Assembly (NCBI RefSeq): GCF_004010195.1
Contig: NC_057718.1
Coordinates: 19,482,104-19,546,103, forward strand
DNA: 64,000 nt
Direction of reading: 5' to 3'
Origin: Chiloscyllium plagiosum
Lineage: Eukaryota
Every line of letters begins with the position of its first letter. Positions within the stretch are counted from its first letter, which is position 1. Below, in pieces: positions 1 to 13,286 of the stretch. Below the pieces are notes generated by a model, which ran no database searches, had not been told where the DNA came from, and was given only the letters and a program-made list of their open reading frames with translations. Both the position numbers and the translations under genes were made by a program.

Positions 1-235
1 CTTCATCCCCACCCCCACTCACCTATTGTACTCTATGCTACTTTCTCCCCACCCCACCCTCCTCTCATTTATCTCTCCACCCTTCAGGCTCTCTGCCTGT
101 ATTCCTGATGAAGGGCTTTTGCCCGAAACATCGATTTTCCTGCTCCTCGGATGCTACCTGAACTGCTGTGCTCTTCCAGCACCACTCTAATCTAGACTCT
201 GGTTTCCAGCATCTGCAGTCATTGTTTTTACCTAA
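1..235 (+). mobile_element. Penelope-like element 3' end with hammerhead-like motif
   Basis: A C/T-rich tract is followed by CTGATGA-A-GGGC-TTTT-GCCC-GAAACATC (105-132) and the same downstream ...ctgtgct...ccagca... tail seen at 32110-32173, where it follows a GIY-YIG coding remnant. Confidence 0.75.
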
Positions 236-1371
236 CACTCAACACTGGTTAGCATTGAACCAGCCTTTGAGAGTATTCACGTTTCACCACCCGCCATGAT
301 GGGATTCAAACCCATGCTCCAGAACATCACCCAAGGTTTTGCATTGTTACTCCATTGACATTGCCACAATGCAACCACCTCCCATTAGCTTTAAGTCTTC
401 AAAGTGGCCACTGTAGACCACAACCATAAACTTGATGAAAGATAAGCGATTGCGTGTGAAGCAGAGAATAGGACTGCTCCTCTCTGCCCCACGTTAAAAC
501 CATGGGGCACTGTCAGGCAGTGGGCAATGCCCACCGAGCACACACAAAATGCACCTGCGCCCCACCGTCCCCACCCCAACATTGGCACATTGATGTTTGG
601 AGAAGGATCACTCTGCATGCTCCCAATTACTCTGAACCATTATTCTCAAACACAATTACAGATCGTAAAAGAAATGCAAGCGTAGCTGAATAAAATAATT
701 ACAGCACTATCTATGGTACAACGTTCAGTGAATGGCAAGAAGATTGGGTCCACTTAGTAGGTTAGGGGTTCAAAAGTCTTGCTGCAAAGATTGTTTACAG
801 TAGGTAGAATACCACAGGAAATGGGGTTAATAGATGGTCTGCAATGTGTGAGAATAGTGCAAGGAATCAACTAATGAGTGAAATGGCCTTTACACATTCC
901 ATCATTCCAGTATTTTCAACAATCCTCAGAAAACGGGAAAAAATTGGACCAAAATTTTAAAATTGCACTCTGAGTATGAAGCAATTAAACTCCCTATTTC
1001 TCACTAATTAATCGTCAGTTCGATTCTCAGTTATTCGGGTTACATTCTGTACTTTGTATTTTCTAAGCTTATATGGGCAAAAAAATCCCACCTCTGAGCC
1101 AAAGAAAAACATTCCAACTCTCGGAATAATAACTGAGGAGAGTAAGGTGCTGCAGTCTGAATCAACCCTTTGTTTGTAATTTACTCTAAAAAACTGTTTT
1201 TTTTCAATAAATGTTAAGAATTGTCAAGCACCCAAAACTTAGTCATGTACAAAGGAATTTCCTCTGGTGTCCAAGGCTGTCTGCACACACTTGTACTGTA
1301 GCTCTGGCCCAAATACACAATATAGGACACAGGCAGTTTTATTTTAATCAGGGGTCCAGTGGTGACACAAA

Positions 1372-1846
1372 TTATTCCCGCATTTACAAGGATGTTGAAG
1401 GATTTGAGCTATGGGGTGAGGCTGAATAGGCTGGGGCTGTTTTCCCTGGAGCGTCGGAGGCTGAGGGGTGACCTTATAGAGGTTTATTAAATCATGAGGA
1501 GCATGGATAGGATGAATAGACAAAGTCTTTTCCCTGGGGTGGGGGAGCCCAGAACTAGAGGGCATAGGTTTCGGGTGAGTGGGGAAAGATATAAAAGGTA
1601 CCTAAAGGGCAACCTATTCCCACAGAGGGTGGTGCGTGTATGGAATGAGCTGCCAGTGGACGTAGTGAAGGCTGGTACAAGTACAGCATTTAAAAGGCAT
1701 CTGGATGGGTAAATGAATAGGAAGGGTTTGGAGGAATGTGGCTGGGTGCTGGCAGATGGGACTAGATTGGATTGGGATACCTGGTCAGCATTGACAAGTT
1801 GGACCGAAGGGTCTGTTTCCGCACTGTACATCTCTATGACTCTATA
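1372..1846 (+). mobile_element. CR1 LINE 3' fragment
   Basis: It encodes the CR1 ORF2 C-terminus (RLGLFSLERRRLRGDLIEVY...RTRGHRFRV...QRVVRVWNELP) and ends in a ctctatgactctat tandem tail. Confidence 0.9.
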
Positions 1847-3114
1847 ATACAAAAAAAAATGTTTGTGACAGAACTTGGTCAATGAGGGGCAAGACATTAC
1901 TGTATTGGCAATGCAATTGTTTAAAACAAAAGAGTTTGGGAAGTTATCAGCACAGTAACATGGGATTGTGATCAAGTTTTGTTGACTTTGGTGAAGAAAG
2001 AAAAATGTCCTTTTCTTGACCGACCCACATTTTCCATGTGACTGTCTTCATTTGAGCAACTGTGCAAGTTAGACCAGCTCTGGTTGCCCATGCATACAAC
2101 TGAGTAGTTTGCAAGGCCATTTTAGCATGAACTATATCACTATGCGTCTAGAGTCACACATAAGCCAGAGCAAGTAAGGATGGGAGTTTCTTTCCTTGTT
2201 TCAGAGGTGTGTAATAATATCCCTCAGCAGGTTGATTAGGAAAATAGATTGAATAAAAAAATTACGTTTTTTTGTAAAATTATAATGCAGTCCCAGGGGG
2301 GATAGGTCTGCCGAACGGTCTGTCCTGGGCTGGGACTAGCCTTTGTATGCTATGAGTAGTGGCTTTATTTTGATGTTCAACAATGAACAGTGTTCCTTTC
2401 CAGTCAGGCTTCCTGAGTTATTACAATGGGGTTAGATCAGTCTGTGCTATTAAGAGATTAAGTGAATTTGGGAGAACTATTCTCTTGCTCCACATAATGG
2501 TTTGTTCTTACTGGCCAATAAAACATAGGGTTTGCTAAAAATGACTTGGTTTTGCAGCTAAATGCAATTATAGTGATGATGAGGGAATTTATCGTGATAT
2601 GCAATTGAGCACATCTCACTTAATATATAAACATTAAAACCTTGTTAAAATATGAGATTCAGTTACTGTCCGTTTCCTTTGCATGATCACGATTGAAGCA
2701 AGTCACCGTTAAATATTAACATCTAATTTTGGCAAATTGGAATAATTGGGCCACTGTAATAGATGCAAGTCACATCTACCAAATCAGGCTGCCAATGTTT
2801 AAAACAAAATTGCAAAGGTTATGGTTACACCCCATTTCATTTGTTCTGATTAATGATATACCTTCGAGTGGAAAAATGTTTGGCTTAGATTCCATCCTCA
2901 ACTGTCTGTACAGTTAACCAAACTCATTCTGCAGCCTGTACCCAGGTGACTCTATTGTTGTTCCAAACCTCAGCACTAACTCACCTGAAAATGCAGAGCT
3001 TTCAGTTACCATGCGGTTGAGGCACTGTTTTAGAATGGCTTCTGTGCGCTCAGTAAGAAAGTGGGATGTACATTTCAACCTGTTTGCAAAAATCAGATTG
3101 CAGCTTTTCACTGT

Positions 3115-3478
3115 AGCAGGAGCAGGCCATTCAGCCCCTTGAGCCTAATCCGCCTGTTCGAATGGTTGATCGAAAACTGATTTTGTTCAACCAGCTTCGG
3201 CCCTATAACCTTTAATATCCTTGTCTGATGGAAGTTCATCAGTTTGGACATTTCCAATTAACGTCCAACCTACAAAGCTTTCAATTTTTGAAGGGATCCT
3301 AGATGGTTCAGGATTGGCACATCTCTTTCTGTGAAGAAGTGTTCCTGTCATCACCCACGTAGAGATCTCATTTTAACTTCTGCCTTCTTGTCCCACAACA
3401 GAAGAAAGACATTCTCTCTCTCCATTACCTAACTATTATCTAACTCCTTTAATCACTGCAAACACCTCAATTGGATAT
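3115..3478 (-). mobile_element. Degenerate CR1 LINE 3' fragment
   Basis: It starts with the ggccattcagccc...gagcct 3' UTR motif shared with other CR1 ends in the window (9335, 47690). Confidence 0.6.
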
Positions 3479-3946
3479 CCTGGCCAAGGGGTAGAGACAC
3501 TAGCACTGCACCATAAGAGGGCCCCAATTTTTTTTAACCTATTTTTCTAAATAGCCTCTTCAGAGATGTTATTACATAGCTCTGGAGCAGGTGGGACTTG
3601 AACCGAGGCTAGCATGCTCAGAGGTAGGGCCACAACCACTGCACCACAAGAGGGCTACAATTTTTAAAAAATATTTTTTCTAATCAACCTGTTGGGAAAT
3701 GCTATTTCACAGCTCTGGAGCAGGTGAGATTTAAACCTAGCCCTCCTGGTTTGGGGTAGGAACATCATCACTGTGCCAAAAGAGGATAACAATTTTTGCA
3801 ATCAGTCCTGGAGCAGGTGGGACTTGAACCTGGGTGTTCTGGTCCAAGGGGTAGGGACACTACCACTGCACCACAAGAGGGCCCTAGGTCTGCTTTATTT
3901 TCTAATCAACCTGTACAGCAATATTATTACACACCTTTGGAGCAGG
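3479..3946 (-). repeat. Head-to-tail array of ~120 bp tRNA-derived SINE monomers (2 full, 3 partial)
   Basis: The blocks ctggagcaggtgggacttgaacc, ggtagggacactaccactgcaccacaagagggc and ttttctaatcaacctgt recur. On the minus strand each unit has an A-box (TGGTGCAGTGG) and a B-box (GGTTCAAGTCC). Confidence 0.75.
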
Positions 3947-4737
3947 GAAGGAAACCCCCATCCTTACCTGCTCTGGCCTACGCATGACTCCAGACCCACA
4001 ACTCTGAAATGGCTACGCAAGTCATTCAGTTGTATCCATGGCCAACCAGAGATGCTTCACCTTCCACAAGTGAATTAAAGAAACCTTATTTGTAACTCCA
4101 TCAGCAAACTGATAGTCTTCCCATGCCCCTCAACATTCAAAAGGAAATGTTCTTCCTCTTTCCTCTGCCTTTAATAAAATTCTCTTCAATTCTATAAACT
4201 TGGCATCATGACTGAGAGCTCAAAACCTTGCAAACAATGGTCTCAATCCAAACTCTAGATGACAACTTAGCGCAATGTTCCGACACATGACAGCAGAGGA
4301 CCCAAACTGTCCCATTACCGCTGTCTGCAATGTGTAAGGAATTTTCTGGCTATCTGTTTTCTAACTCAGCAATGCGAGTCACATGACAGCACTATATGAG
4401 TCTGACAGCTTCCTACAAATCTTTCTTGAAATCTAATTAAACTAATAAACAGATAAAGGATTAGTATGTCCTTTGTCTTATTTTTCCAGTCTCAACAAGG
4501 CCTGAGAGGGTCATTATTTTTATGCCAAACTGATGCTTACAGCACTGCAGCCAGCAAACAGAAGAGCAGTTATAGCATAGATCAGCCAAGCTACATTCCA
4601 ACTTTGTTGCCACACTTTCAGACAGATCCCTTAAATAGGAGGCTCATAGTTTAGTGGGCATGACATTAGCAACAGGACATAGCAGAGACCAGCAGTGGCT
4701 CAGAGAAGAGCTGACTTCTGTACCTGATTAGGCAAAC

Positions 4738-4863
4738 CGTGAGGACTGCAGATGCTGGAAATCAGAGTCTAGATTAGAGTGGGGTTGGAAAAGCACAGCA
4801 GGTCAGGTAGCATCCAAGGAGCAGGAAAATCGACATTTCGGGCAAAAGCCCTTCATCAGGAAT
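4738..4863 (-). mobile_element. Penelope-derived terminal fragment with hammerhead-like motif
   Basis: The reverse complement reads ATTC-CTGATGA-A-GGGC-TTTT-GCCC-GAAATGTC-GATT (4863-4828), followed by the same tail as 1-235. Confidence 0.75.
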
Positions 4864-5324
4864 GCCGATAAATGGATTCAGATTGCATGTTGCTGCATGA
4901 ATTGAAGAAACTAGGCTACCAGTGGCTACCGACAGTGAAATGGTGCTGAGTTTTTTTTTAAGGATCTTCACTTGTACTAAATGTCTAGCAACAGAAACAC
5001 CCTCTGGATAATGGTGGGCTAACTCAGTGTCAGATTCTCCTCCGAGGGCAGATCACAGTGAAAACAGTTGGAAAACGGAGTGAATGGGCACTGACATTAT
5101 TTCATACCATAAACTTAATTCTGCTTTTCTCAAACAAATCTTGTGGTCTCACGGGTCTTCCGCACCTCATCCCCACTGAAGGTCCCTCTTCAAGTATCGA
5201 TAGGGTTTTCCCTCCATTGCTCCGTATCGACAAGGCTCCTGCCAGGTGACTGATACATATATCACATTTAGTCAGGCATCGACAAGAAGAGGAGAACCAA
5301 TGTCAAAGCATAGCTTTGGCTTGG

Positions 5325-5705
5325 CTCAAACACTCTCGCCTTGGAGTCAGAAGGTCATGAGGGTTAAGCCCTGACCACAGCGTTTAGACTGACACAAACA
5401 CATTAGAACTGCACATGTCCCATGTTATTGCAGCTGCCGGCTTTCAAATGAATTCCTGAACTGAGGCCCAGTCTGCATCTTAAGGTGGACACAGTAGACC
5501 CCAAAACACTCGGCAAAAGTAAAAGGGGACTGCCCACAATGTTCTGGCCTCTAATCTCCCCTCACAAATGCCCTGTCCCTCACCCGAAAACAGATCAGTC
5601 AATCACTTCCCCACTCCTTCTGAGGAAATGCATTCCTGAAATAATTCACAAGCTTGAAAACACTTTAAGATACTTGAAGAATGTGAAAAGTGTGAGTTTG
5701 TTTCT
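5325..5705 (+). mobile_element. Deu-domain SINE (SacSINE1/AmnSINE-like), degenerate
   Basis: It has a tRNA-like head (cactctcgcc...gagtcagaagg), a Deu-like core (gccggctttcaaatga...tgaggccc...aggtggac) and similarity to the better-preserved copy at 35885-36232. Confidence 0.6.
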
Positions 5706-6214
5706 CTCCAAATATCATTTCCCTACTGCAAGTGTGCTGTGAGAGAAAAATACTCAATAGACGAGGAAAGAAAACAAATTGGCAGATCCATTCTGCTTAA
5801 TTTTAATTAATCTGTGGCTATGACACCACCTCCAGTGGGACTTGAACCCAGACCTGTTGTCTCAGAGTCATGGACACTACCACTCTGCCACAAAAGCCCT
5901 AGGCTACTAATGCGTCCTGTGAAATAGAACCATGTACATTAACACATCACCAATGTCATTCAGTAAAGAAGTTAACAGAAGCCACTCCCTCTGCTGACTA
6001 GGAAGAGTTCATACCATTGCAATGGCTGTGATGTAAAAGAGGAATATAATATCCCACCTTATCCCTGCTTCGCAAAATAATTATGATGCAGAAGGAGGCC
6101 ATTCATCGCATCATGTCTGTGCCAGGATGTAATACAACAGGGGAAGAGTCTCATCCAAACTGCATTAAGTTTGGAACATCCATAAAACATGAGTAAAAAT
6201 CTTGAAGTCCCTCG

Positions 6215-6505
6215 GGGGTTCTCCCTGGTGGCTGCTGTATCTCAACTCCCCTCCCACTCCCCTAAGGACATGCAAATCCTGGGCCTTCTTCACAGCCAGG
6301 TCCAAGCCATTCGCTAACTGGAGGAAGAATGTCTCATCTTCCCCCTCAGGACTCTGCAACCATATGGCATCAACATCGACTTCACCAGTTTCCAAATNNN
6401 NNNCTCAGCCCCCATCCCCCCTCCACATTGACTCTCCTGCCCCTCGGATGCTGCCTGACCAGCTGTGCTTTTCCAGCACCACAATCTTTGACTCTGATCT
6501 CCATC
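6215..6505 (+). mobile_element. Penelope-like element fragment (GIY-YIG C-terminus remnant and tail; contains a 6-N gap)
   Basis: It is homologous to 31695-31860 (aactcccctcccactcc...aaggacatgca...ggaggaaga...ctcatcttc) and to the ctgcctgacc...tgtgcttttccagca tail. Confidence 0.75.
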
Positions 6506-6509
6506 ACTT

Positions 6510-6890
6510 TTGCCTGGAGTGATTGGGTTAGACAAGGCTGGCTTGTTTCCACTGGAGTTTAGAAGAGTGAGAGGGGACATGATTGAAGTGTATAAGATCC
6601 TGAATGGTCTTCACAAGGTGGATGTGGAAAGAATGTTTCATCTTGTGATTCCATCCAAAAGTGGACCTCAGCTGTTAGGACAGAAATGGGGAGAACTCTT
6701 TTCTCTCAGAGAGCTGGAACTTTCAGCTGAGGCCATTAAATATTATTAAGGTGAAGGAGATTCTTCTCAGGCATGAGAATGCCAAAGGTTATTGAGGGAT
6801 GGATGGAAATTTGAGACAGAAACAGAGCACTCATGATCTTACGGAATAGTGGGATAGGCTTGAATGGTATACTCCTGCTCCCAGTTTGAA
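6510..6890 (+). mobile_element. CR1 LINE 3' fragment
   Basis: It encodes LDKAGLFPLEFRRVRGDMIEVYKILNGLHKVDVERMF, a CR1 ORF2 C-terminal motif. Confidence 0.85.
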
Positions 6891-8817
6891 CATCCACATG
6901 CTTATACAAGCAAAAAGTACAGATGCGCTGCATTCATGGAGTTTAAAACAATTGCCTATTGAAGTTCCAGCAGCCAATCATCAACTTGAAGGCGCGTCAC
7001 TAAAATTGCTGATGGGTCTCTGCTAACTCAGCACCACTGTCTTTGAATTGGGTTGGAGGGAGGGAACATTGCAATTCTTCAAACAATTTGCACCAGTGTT
7101 ATATCCCCAGGGGTTTGATATTTACTGTTTCCCTTGTCCACACTTTTCCCCTCTTAATCCATTGCTGCCCCAGCTCTCCTTCTCATCTGTCCCCACCACA
7201 AATGCTCATCTCATACTCACACTGCCTTGGCTTTGCCATCAGCAACTAACTTCCAGACTGAAAGCTTTCATGTCCTTTCACCCAGTATTCTCACTGACAG
7301 GGTCTAGCATAGGCCCCCAACCCTCGTCGCTTCTCAACACCCTCCATTTACTATGATAACAGCCTCCCAGCCAAACTACCCTCCTTATGTGTGCCACTTT
7401 GAAGGCTGCTTGCTGGCAGTACTGTGGGAGACTGTCCAGTATTCCATTCGTTTTCACGCTGTTTATTTACAGGCTGCTCTCGATTGTTCCTCTCAAGCTC
7501 AAAGCTAGTACCAGCTGCCCAGAGAACGCAGCTTATCCAATGTAGTGAACAAGTACCGCATCAAACATAACAGCTTGAAACTGAAGAATATGCAACAGCA
7601 GGGCTCATAAAATTATTTACAAAAAATTGAAAGGAGGGACAGTTTCAAAATCAGGCTTGTATTTTTAGATTGTTCTTAAACTATTCAGAATTATATCTCC
7701 AAAAATGAGAAAATAACTAACAACATACACTGTACTGCAAAATACATAGTAATGAGTTGGAATGGAGAATTGTTAACCTGCGATGAACAAGAACAATCTG
7801 ACTTGATTGACACTGGGAGACAGTGAAGAGCAGGACAATCCAACAGAATAACAAAACAAGGCTTTTTTTCTCACACTAACTCCATCGTCTCTTCCAGGTT
7901 GTGGGTTTTCATAAGTTGTTTGGTACCAGCATCTGCTACTTTACATTTCTGGGCGTACAGTCCTGATTTTGTGTTTCAGTAGCAAAACAGCAGGGTATTC
8001 TCTGTCAGATCAGGACACAGACTTAAGGTTCTGGGAAAACATTGCAGGTGTGAAGAACATTTTTTCATATAGTGAATGGCAATGACTTGGAATCCATTGC
8101 CTACAAGGCAGGCGGAGGGAAAGATGATAATCTCGAAAAGCTATTGATTGGGCACTTGAGGGAAATAAAAGTGAGGGCGACAGGAATAAAGCAGGGAAGT
8201 GGAGCTGATTGGATTCCTCGTAAAGGGCTGACTGGCCTCTTTCTGTGCAGGAAGCAAGAGGACCTCCACACATCTTTATCTCGGAGCTTTGAAATGAAAA
8301 GGGAATAACTTTGTCTCAACAAAGCAGCTTGTTAACTACAAACATTGTCGGAAGTTGAGAATCCATTTGAAACCCAATTCATGCAATTTATGTCTCAGTA
8401 TTTAATAAGTCCCACTGTAAATCTTATCAGCAGAGTGTACCTTACAGTGAGGCACCATTCCAATGCATTACATATCAATCAGATTTTTAACCCAAATATT
8501 TAACAGTGGATAAATTCTTCTTACTTTGCTGCACCTTATGAAAGGAGAAAGGTTGCTTTTGGTTGAGGGAGCGTGTACTTGGATCATGTCCATCAATAAT
8601 CACACCACCGTCACTTGGTCACTTAACTATGACCACTTTTCAGAAAATGGAGCACAAGTCATTCAGAGATGGAACATAATCCAACTCATTGATAAGAATG
8701 GAATTCACTCATTCACCCTTTGGACTAAATCTCTTCCATCCTCAGAGACATATTCTCTATATCCTATGATATACATAAATAATTCTATCCTTGGATAAAA
8801 GACAAGGGGTGGGGGGG

Positions 8818-9115
8818 AGCAGTGGTGTTATGGTAAAGTCACTGACCCAGCAACCCAGAACCCCAGGCTAATATTGTGAGGACATGGGTTTCCCTCTGCT
8901 GTGGCAGACAGCGAAATTTGAACTCAAATCTGAAATAAAAATCTGGCATAACAAAACCCATCAGGTTCACTAATGTACTTCCAGGAAAGGAAATCTACCA
9001 TCTTTACCCGGTCTGGCCTATGTGTCTCGAGACACTACAGCCATACGGCCAAGTCATTTCAATTAAGTCTGGCCAATAAATACTGGCCAAGCCAGCAACA
9101 TGCACATCGTCTGAA
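8818..9115 (+). mobile_element. tRNA-derived SINE sharing its 3' end with the LINE at 21290-22035
   Basis: The head is agcagtggtgttatggta, and the 3' end ggccaataaatactggccaagccagc matches gggcaataaatgctggccagccag near 21990. Related minus-strand pieces lie near 28310-28655 and 255-385. Confidence 0.6.
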
Positions 9116-9334
9116 CAGTTTTTTTTAAAAACAGTATTTTATCGACATTTCTTCCAATTGTTTTTGGAAGCGGTTTTGTTGTCATCTTAATAGCACAATA
9201 AAAATGTCCAGCTTTTTTTTAATTTTTAGACCACAAATGTCCTTCATCTCTAGAGGTTAACTGCCAGCCCATAAGGTGAGAGACAATTCTCTGACAACTA
9301 AAGGTTCTTAAGAGCTTTATTCACAAAAGAAATA

Positions 9335-9715
9335 AGAACTGAAACAGGCCATTCACTCCCTTGGGCCTGCTCGCCCATTCATTAAGATCATGGCCCATCT
9401 GATTGTGGCATCAACTCCACTTTCCTGTCTATTTGCAGAGCACTTAATTCTCTTGTTGATCAAAAATCTATCAATAGAATCAATGTCACAGCCTGTGTCT
9501 AAGGAAGAGAATTTAAATGACAAATAGCCCACTGGGAAAAAAACAAAACCCTACTCATTTCAGTCTTAAGCAGGAGACTCTTAACTTATAAATGTGATCA
9601 CTTAATTCTAGACTTTCCCACAAGATGAACCATTACCCTCTCAGCATCTGTCCTGAGAAGTCACCTCAGAATCTTACATGTTTGATAAAATCACCTCTCT
9701 TTCTAAACACCAATA
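9335..9715 (-). mobile_element. Degenerate CR1 LINE 3' fragment
   Basis: It carries the ggccattc...cctgctcgcccattcattaagatcatggc 3' UTR motif plus decayed ORF2 C-terminal sequence. Confidence 0.7.
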
Positions 9716-11179
9716 GAATCCTAGAATAGATGAATGGATCTCACAAACTATCCACAATCTGGTACTAACTAGCCAGAAGAAGATGTAGGAGAAGCCATTT
9801 TCACTTCCAACAGAGGTGGACAGTAGAGGAATCAATAGAATGCTTCACGCCCTGCCTGCTCCAAAGTCAATCCATTCAACACTACCCATTCCACACCCTG
9901 TGTGCCTCACATACACCACACACCCTGCATTCCACTGTCCACCCACATTGTCATGGGTGCACCTCCAGCTCAAGGATGCGTGTGCACCAGCCATACTTAA
10001 TCCTTTCCCCCTTCTGTTTTCCACATGCAAAATGGGTGCACTGGGAGTGAGAGTCCTTTGGGATGAACGGAACAGTTCAGGAGACTGAGCCAGTCATTCC
10101 CATGGATGCAATCCCTGGGGTACATCTTTACACAGTGAACACTGCACTGTGTTCCTTGGTGCTGGTTGGCTGAAGGCCAGGCCCCAGACTGGCTTGAGCT
10201 GATGTTTTTATGCTGAAGGTGATGCTGACTCGTAAAGAGGTGACTGATCCCACCGGCAATGACTGCTGTCGATCGGAATTCTGTAGACAGGTGCAGTGCC
10301 TGCTGTGCGGGGTCTGTACACTTATATCACCTGAAAACTTCCAAAGTTATATTTCCCTTCAGTCAACTGTTAACAAGGGGAACATTCATTTCAGTTGTCT
10401 TTCCCTTTCTGTCTATTTTCTGTCCATATTATAACAACAATGCCGCTCACCCCGACACAGATACGGTTCTCATTTCTTACAGGCTCTCACATGTGCCAAG
10501 GTGTTTATTTTTCAAGGTTTCTCGCACTATTTAGTTTTTTGGCTTCCAATTTCAGAGCAGCTACAAATTCACTCAGGGAAAGAAACTGGAGTAATGAGAG
10601 GATGAGTAACACACAGGCAGCACTGGAGCCACCCAAGGGGGTCAAAACATGGAAGCAAACTGGCACAGGCAATTACTTAGGAGCTTCCTTTTTTTGGACC
10701 TCTCCGTAACCCAGTCCTCCTTAACATGAACAGCAACAAACTACATCTCGAGATAACACACTATAGTATGTAATAATGTTATTGGGCTTTATGGATACAA
10801 AACAACATTATATTTCATCCAGGATATTTGTCCAAACCTGTTACTTTATCAATCACAGAATTATACAAAAACAGCCATTTGAGCTATCCATTAGTCTCAC
10901 GCTTTTACCTTTTTAAGTGTTTGATCAATTGCCCTTTGAAAATTATTATTCAATCTGCTTCCACTGCACTTTCAGTGCATTTCAGGTCAATGCAGCCCAC
11001 TCCATCAAATGTTATTTTATCCTCATGCAGCTTCTGATGTTTTTGCCAACTGCTTTACATCAGCTAAAACCCCAGCTGTTGAGTGCCATGTCCAATTCCG
11101 GTCACAGTGCTTTTGGCCAAAGCCTTAGACGATGAAGAGATTTACTCAACTGCTACCAAGAATATATTGGACTTCAGTA

Positions 11180-11560
11180 CTGAGGAGGAGCTGGGCTTGT
11201 TCCTCTGACAGTAACGATGATTAAGACAAGATTTAACTGGGTGTTCAACACCTTGAATGACTTTTTGTGGAGTACAGAGTAAACTGTGTCCAACGCAAGA
11301 AAATCAGTAACCAGCCGTATGGTAACTGGCCAAGGAAGCAGGAGTGAGATGAGGACTTTTATTTTAACACAGCAAGTTGCTGTGACTTGGAAAGTGGAAG
11401 CACACGAAACATAAAATCAAATAATTAATTGATGATGTTGCGATTGGCAGGGTTATAGGGAAAGGACAGAGCAATGGGACCAATCAGACAGCTCTTTCAA
11501 TGACCCAGCACGGGAGCAATGGGCAGGATGGCCTCTTTCTCTGCTCTACCATTCCATAAT
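11180..11560 (+). mobile_element. Old CR1 LINE 3' fragment
   Basis: A decayed LGLF-type segment (gagctgggcttgttcctctg) is followed by a 3' UTR ending atgggcaggatggcctctttct. Confidence 0.6.
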
Positions 11561-12019
11561 GACAGGTAAAGGCTTCTTTGTGGAACTCTGTAAGAAGGCA
11601 CTTCAGAAACAGGACAGACAAGGGGTAAAGCCAAGAAAAGCCTTCCCCTCCGCACCTTCACTCCAGACAAACAGAGGTTGATTTAATCATCCCATTTAGA
11701 AAAATGTTGAGTTGGAGGTGCAGAGTGACCTCAGGATAACGTCAAGTACTCCCAAGTATTAAAACCTACAAAAACCTTCACGGGAGTCTCTACCAGACTG
11801 TACCAAACAGCTGACCAGCACGAGAGCTCCAAATTACCCTGCTGTGGAGCCTGGGAAACGTTAAAACCTTCAGGAGAAAATCTGAGACAAGGGGCTGAAG
11901 TAACAGCAATGACATTTACGTGTACTATTGCACCACCCTCCTACTATAAACATCCTTTAAATAGGTGGCAATTAATGACATCAGAAAGGCTCTTGTGACA
12001 CCATGTTAGTAGCCCACGG

Positions 12020-12325
12020 ATTCATAGAATCGTACAATCACACAGTACAGGAGCGGCCCATCTGATATGGACTGCCAAAAGTCACTACTACCCCATACTA
12101 GTCCCACTTTCCTGCACGAGAACCACAGCCTCGAATGTTCTGACACTTCTGATGTTGATCCAAATGCTTTTTGAAAGTTTGTGAGGGTTTTTCCCCCCTC
12201 CCAGGCAGTGCATTCAGAACCCCACCACCCTCTGGGTGAAAACATTTTTCCTCCAAACCTCCTGCCTTCCATTTTAAAATTCTATTGGAAGGTCCTTATC
12301 CAATCCCACCTGCCATGGAAATGTG
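12020..12325 (-). mobile_element. CR1 LINE 3' fragment
   Basis: It shows ccaccaccctctgggtgaaaa (reverse of FFTQRVV) and a catagaatc tandem tail. Confidence 0.7.
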
Positions 12326-13118
12326 TCATTACAGGTTGATAAAAATATATAAATGGAAATCAGACAGAGTTGATAAGGTATTCTCTCAATATTCAGTATG
12401 TTATAAACCCTTTGCAACCTATCATTTAACAATGAGTGTGCAACAACTTCAGTTAAAAACAATATTGAAAAATAAGCAAACCAGGTTAGGATCAGAACAC
12501 AGCAAATCTCCATGAAAATGAACGTTTCTAATGGACACCTTTGCTTACAGGGAATACTTGTTCAGTGGTTAATTCAGTCTTTGGACAAACTTTCATTAAA
12601 ATGTTTGAAGGCTGAGAAGCTGATGGAGTCATTCCACAGTCTCTGATCATTCACCAGCGAGTAGCATTTTACTGACAATCTGGGTGTCAAGTGCCTTCAG
12701 CTGCAGTTCCTTGGGATGAGGGCGGTTTGGGGACAATTAAAATTAAAATTCACCGGACATTCAAGCTGAATGTCTCATTCGAACACTGAACTCGCAGGGA
12801 AAAAGAGAAAATGCTTTACAGAGGAACCAAACTGCAGAGACAGTAATTTAAAACAAGCTGAAGAGGAAATGCCAAACACTTTGATCAAGGAGAACTTGAG
12901 TCTGCTCTGATAACATGGAGACAAAGTCACAGCGTTGGTTAACTGCTATAAAGAGTGAAAAGTTAAATCTGAGCTCCCATTAACTTTTGGTTCCATCTCT
13001 GGATGCAGTGTTCCTGCATTGACTATAGCCCCTGATTTCAGGACCAAAGTCCCCTCCTGACTGTCCTGTTATTCGTGCAGATCATTGAGAGAGAGAGAAA
13101 AAGCCCCATGTTACTCAC

Positions 13119-13286
13119 CCACACGGAAGTTCTGCGCTGTCAGGGTGTCAGCAGCATGCCCGTTCTCGCTGATGAGGGTGGTGGTGTTGCCCTGTTGGCA
13201 GCTGTTATGGCACTTGCCTTTGATGCAGGTCACCTTGCAGATGGTGGGGGTGAAGACCACCTTGATGCGGCCGGTGTGGTTTCCGA
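13119..13286 (-). CDS. LTBP1: LTBP1 shared internal exon (168 nt) as used by the long isoform LTBP1L
   Basis: The acceptor is ...ttttctccttcattgtgcccccgctctcAG|TCGGAAAC (AG at 13288-13287) and the donor is GTGAGT at 13118-13113. The phase fits the exon at 30147-30307 (CAA G|TC GGA = Q V G N H T G R). Confidence 0.92.

Noticed and set aside
10140..10290. Possible additional minus-strand exon after ctgtctacAG
   Set aside because: The frame I translated (NSDRQQSLPVGSV...) does not resemble LTBP1, and the polypyrimidine tract is weak.
1..13118. Next LTBP1 exon (EGF-like, VICHLPCMNGGQC-type)
   Set aside because: I could not find it by eye or in the ORF track, so it probably lies beyond the window start. 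TBLASTN would settle this.
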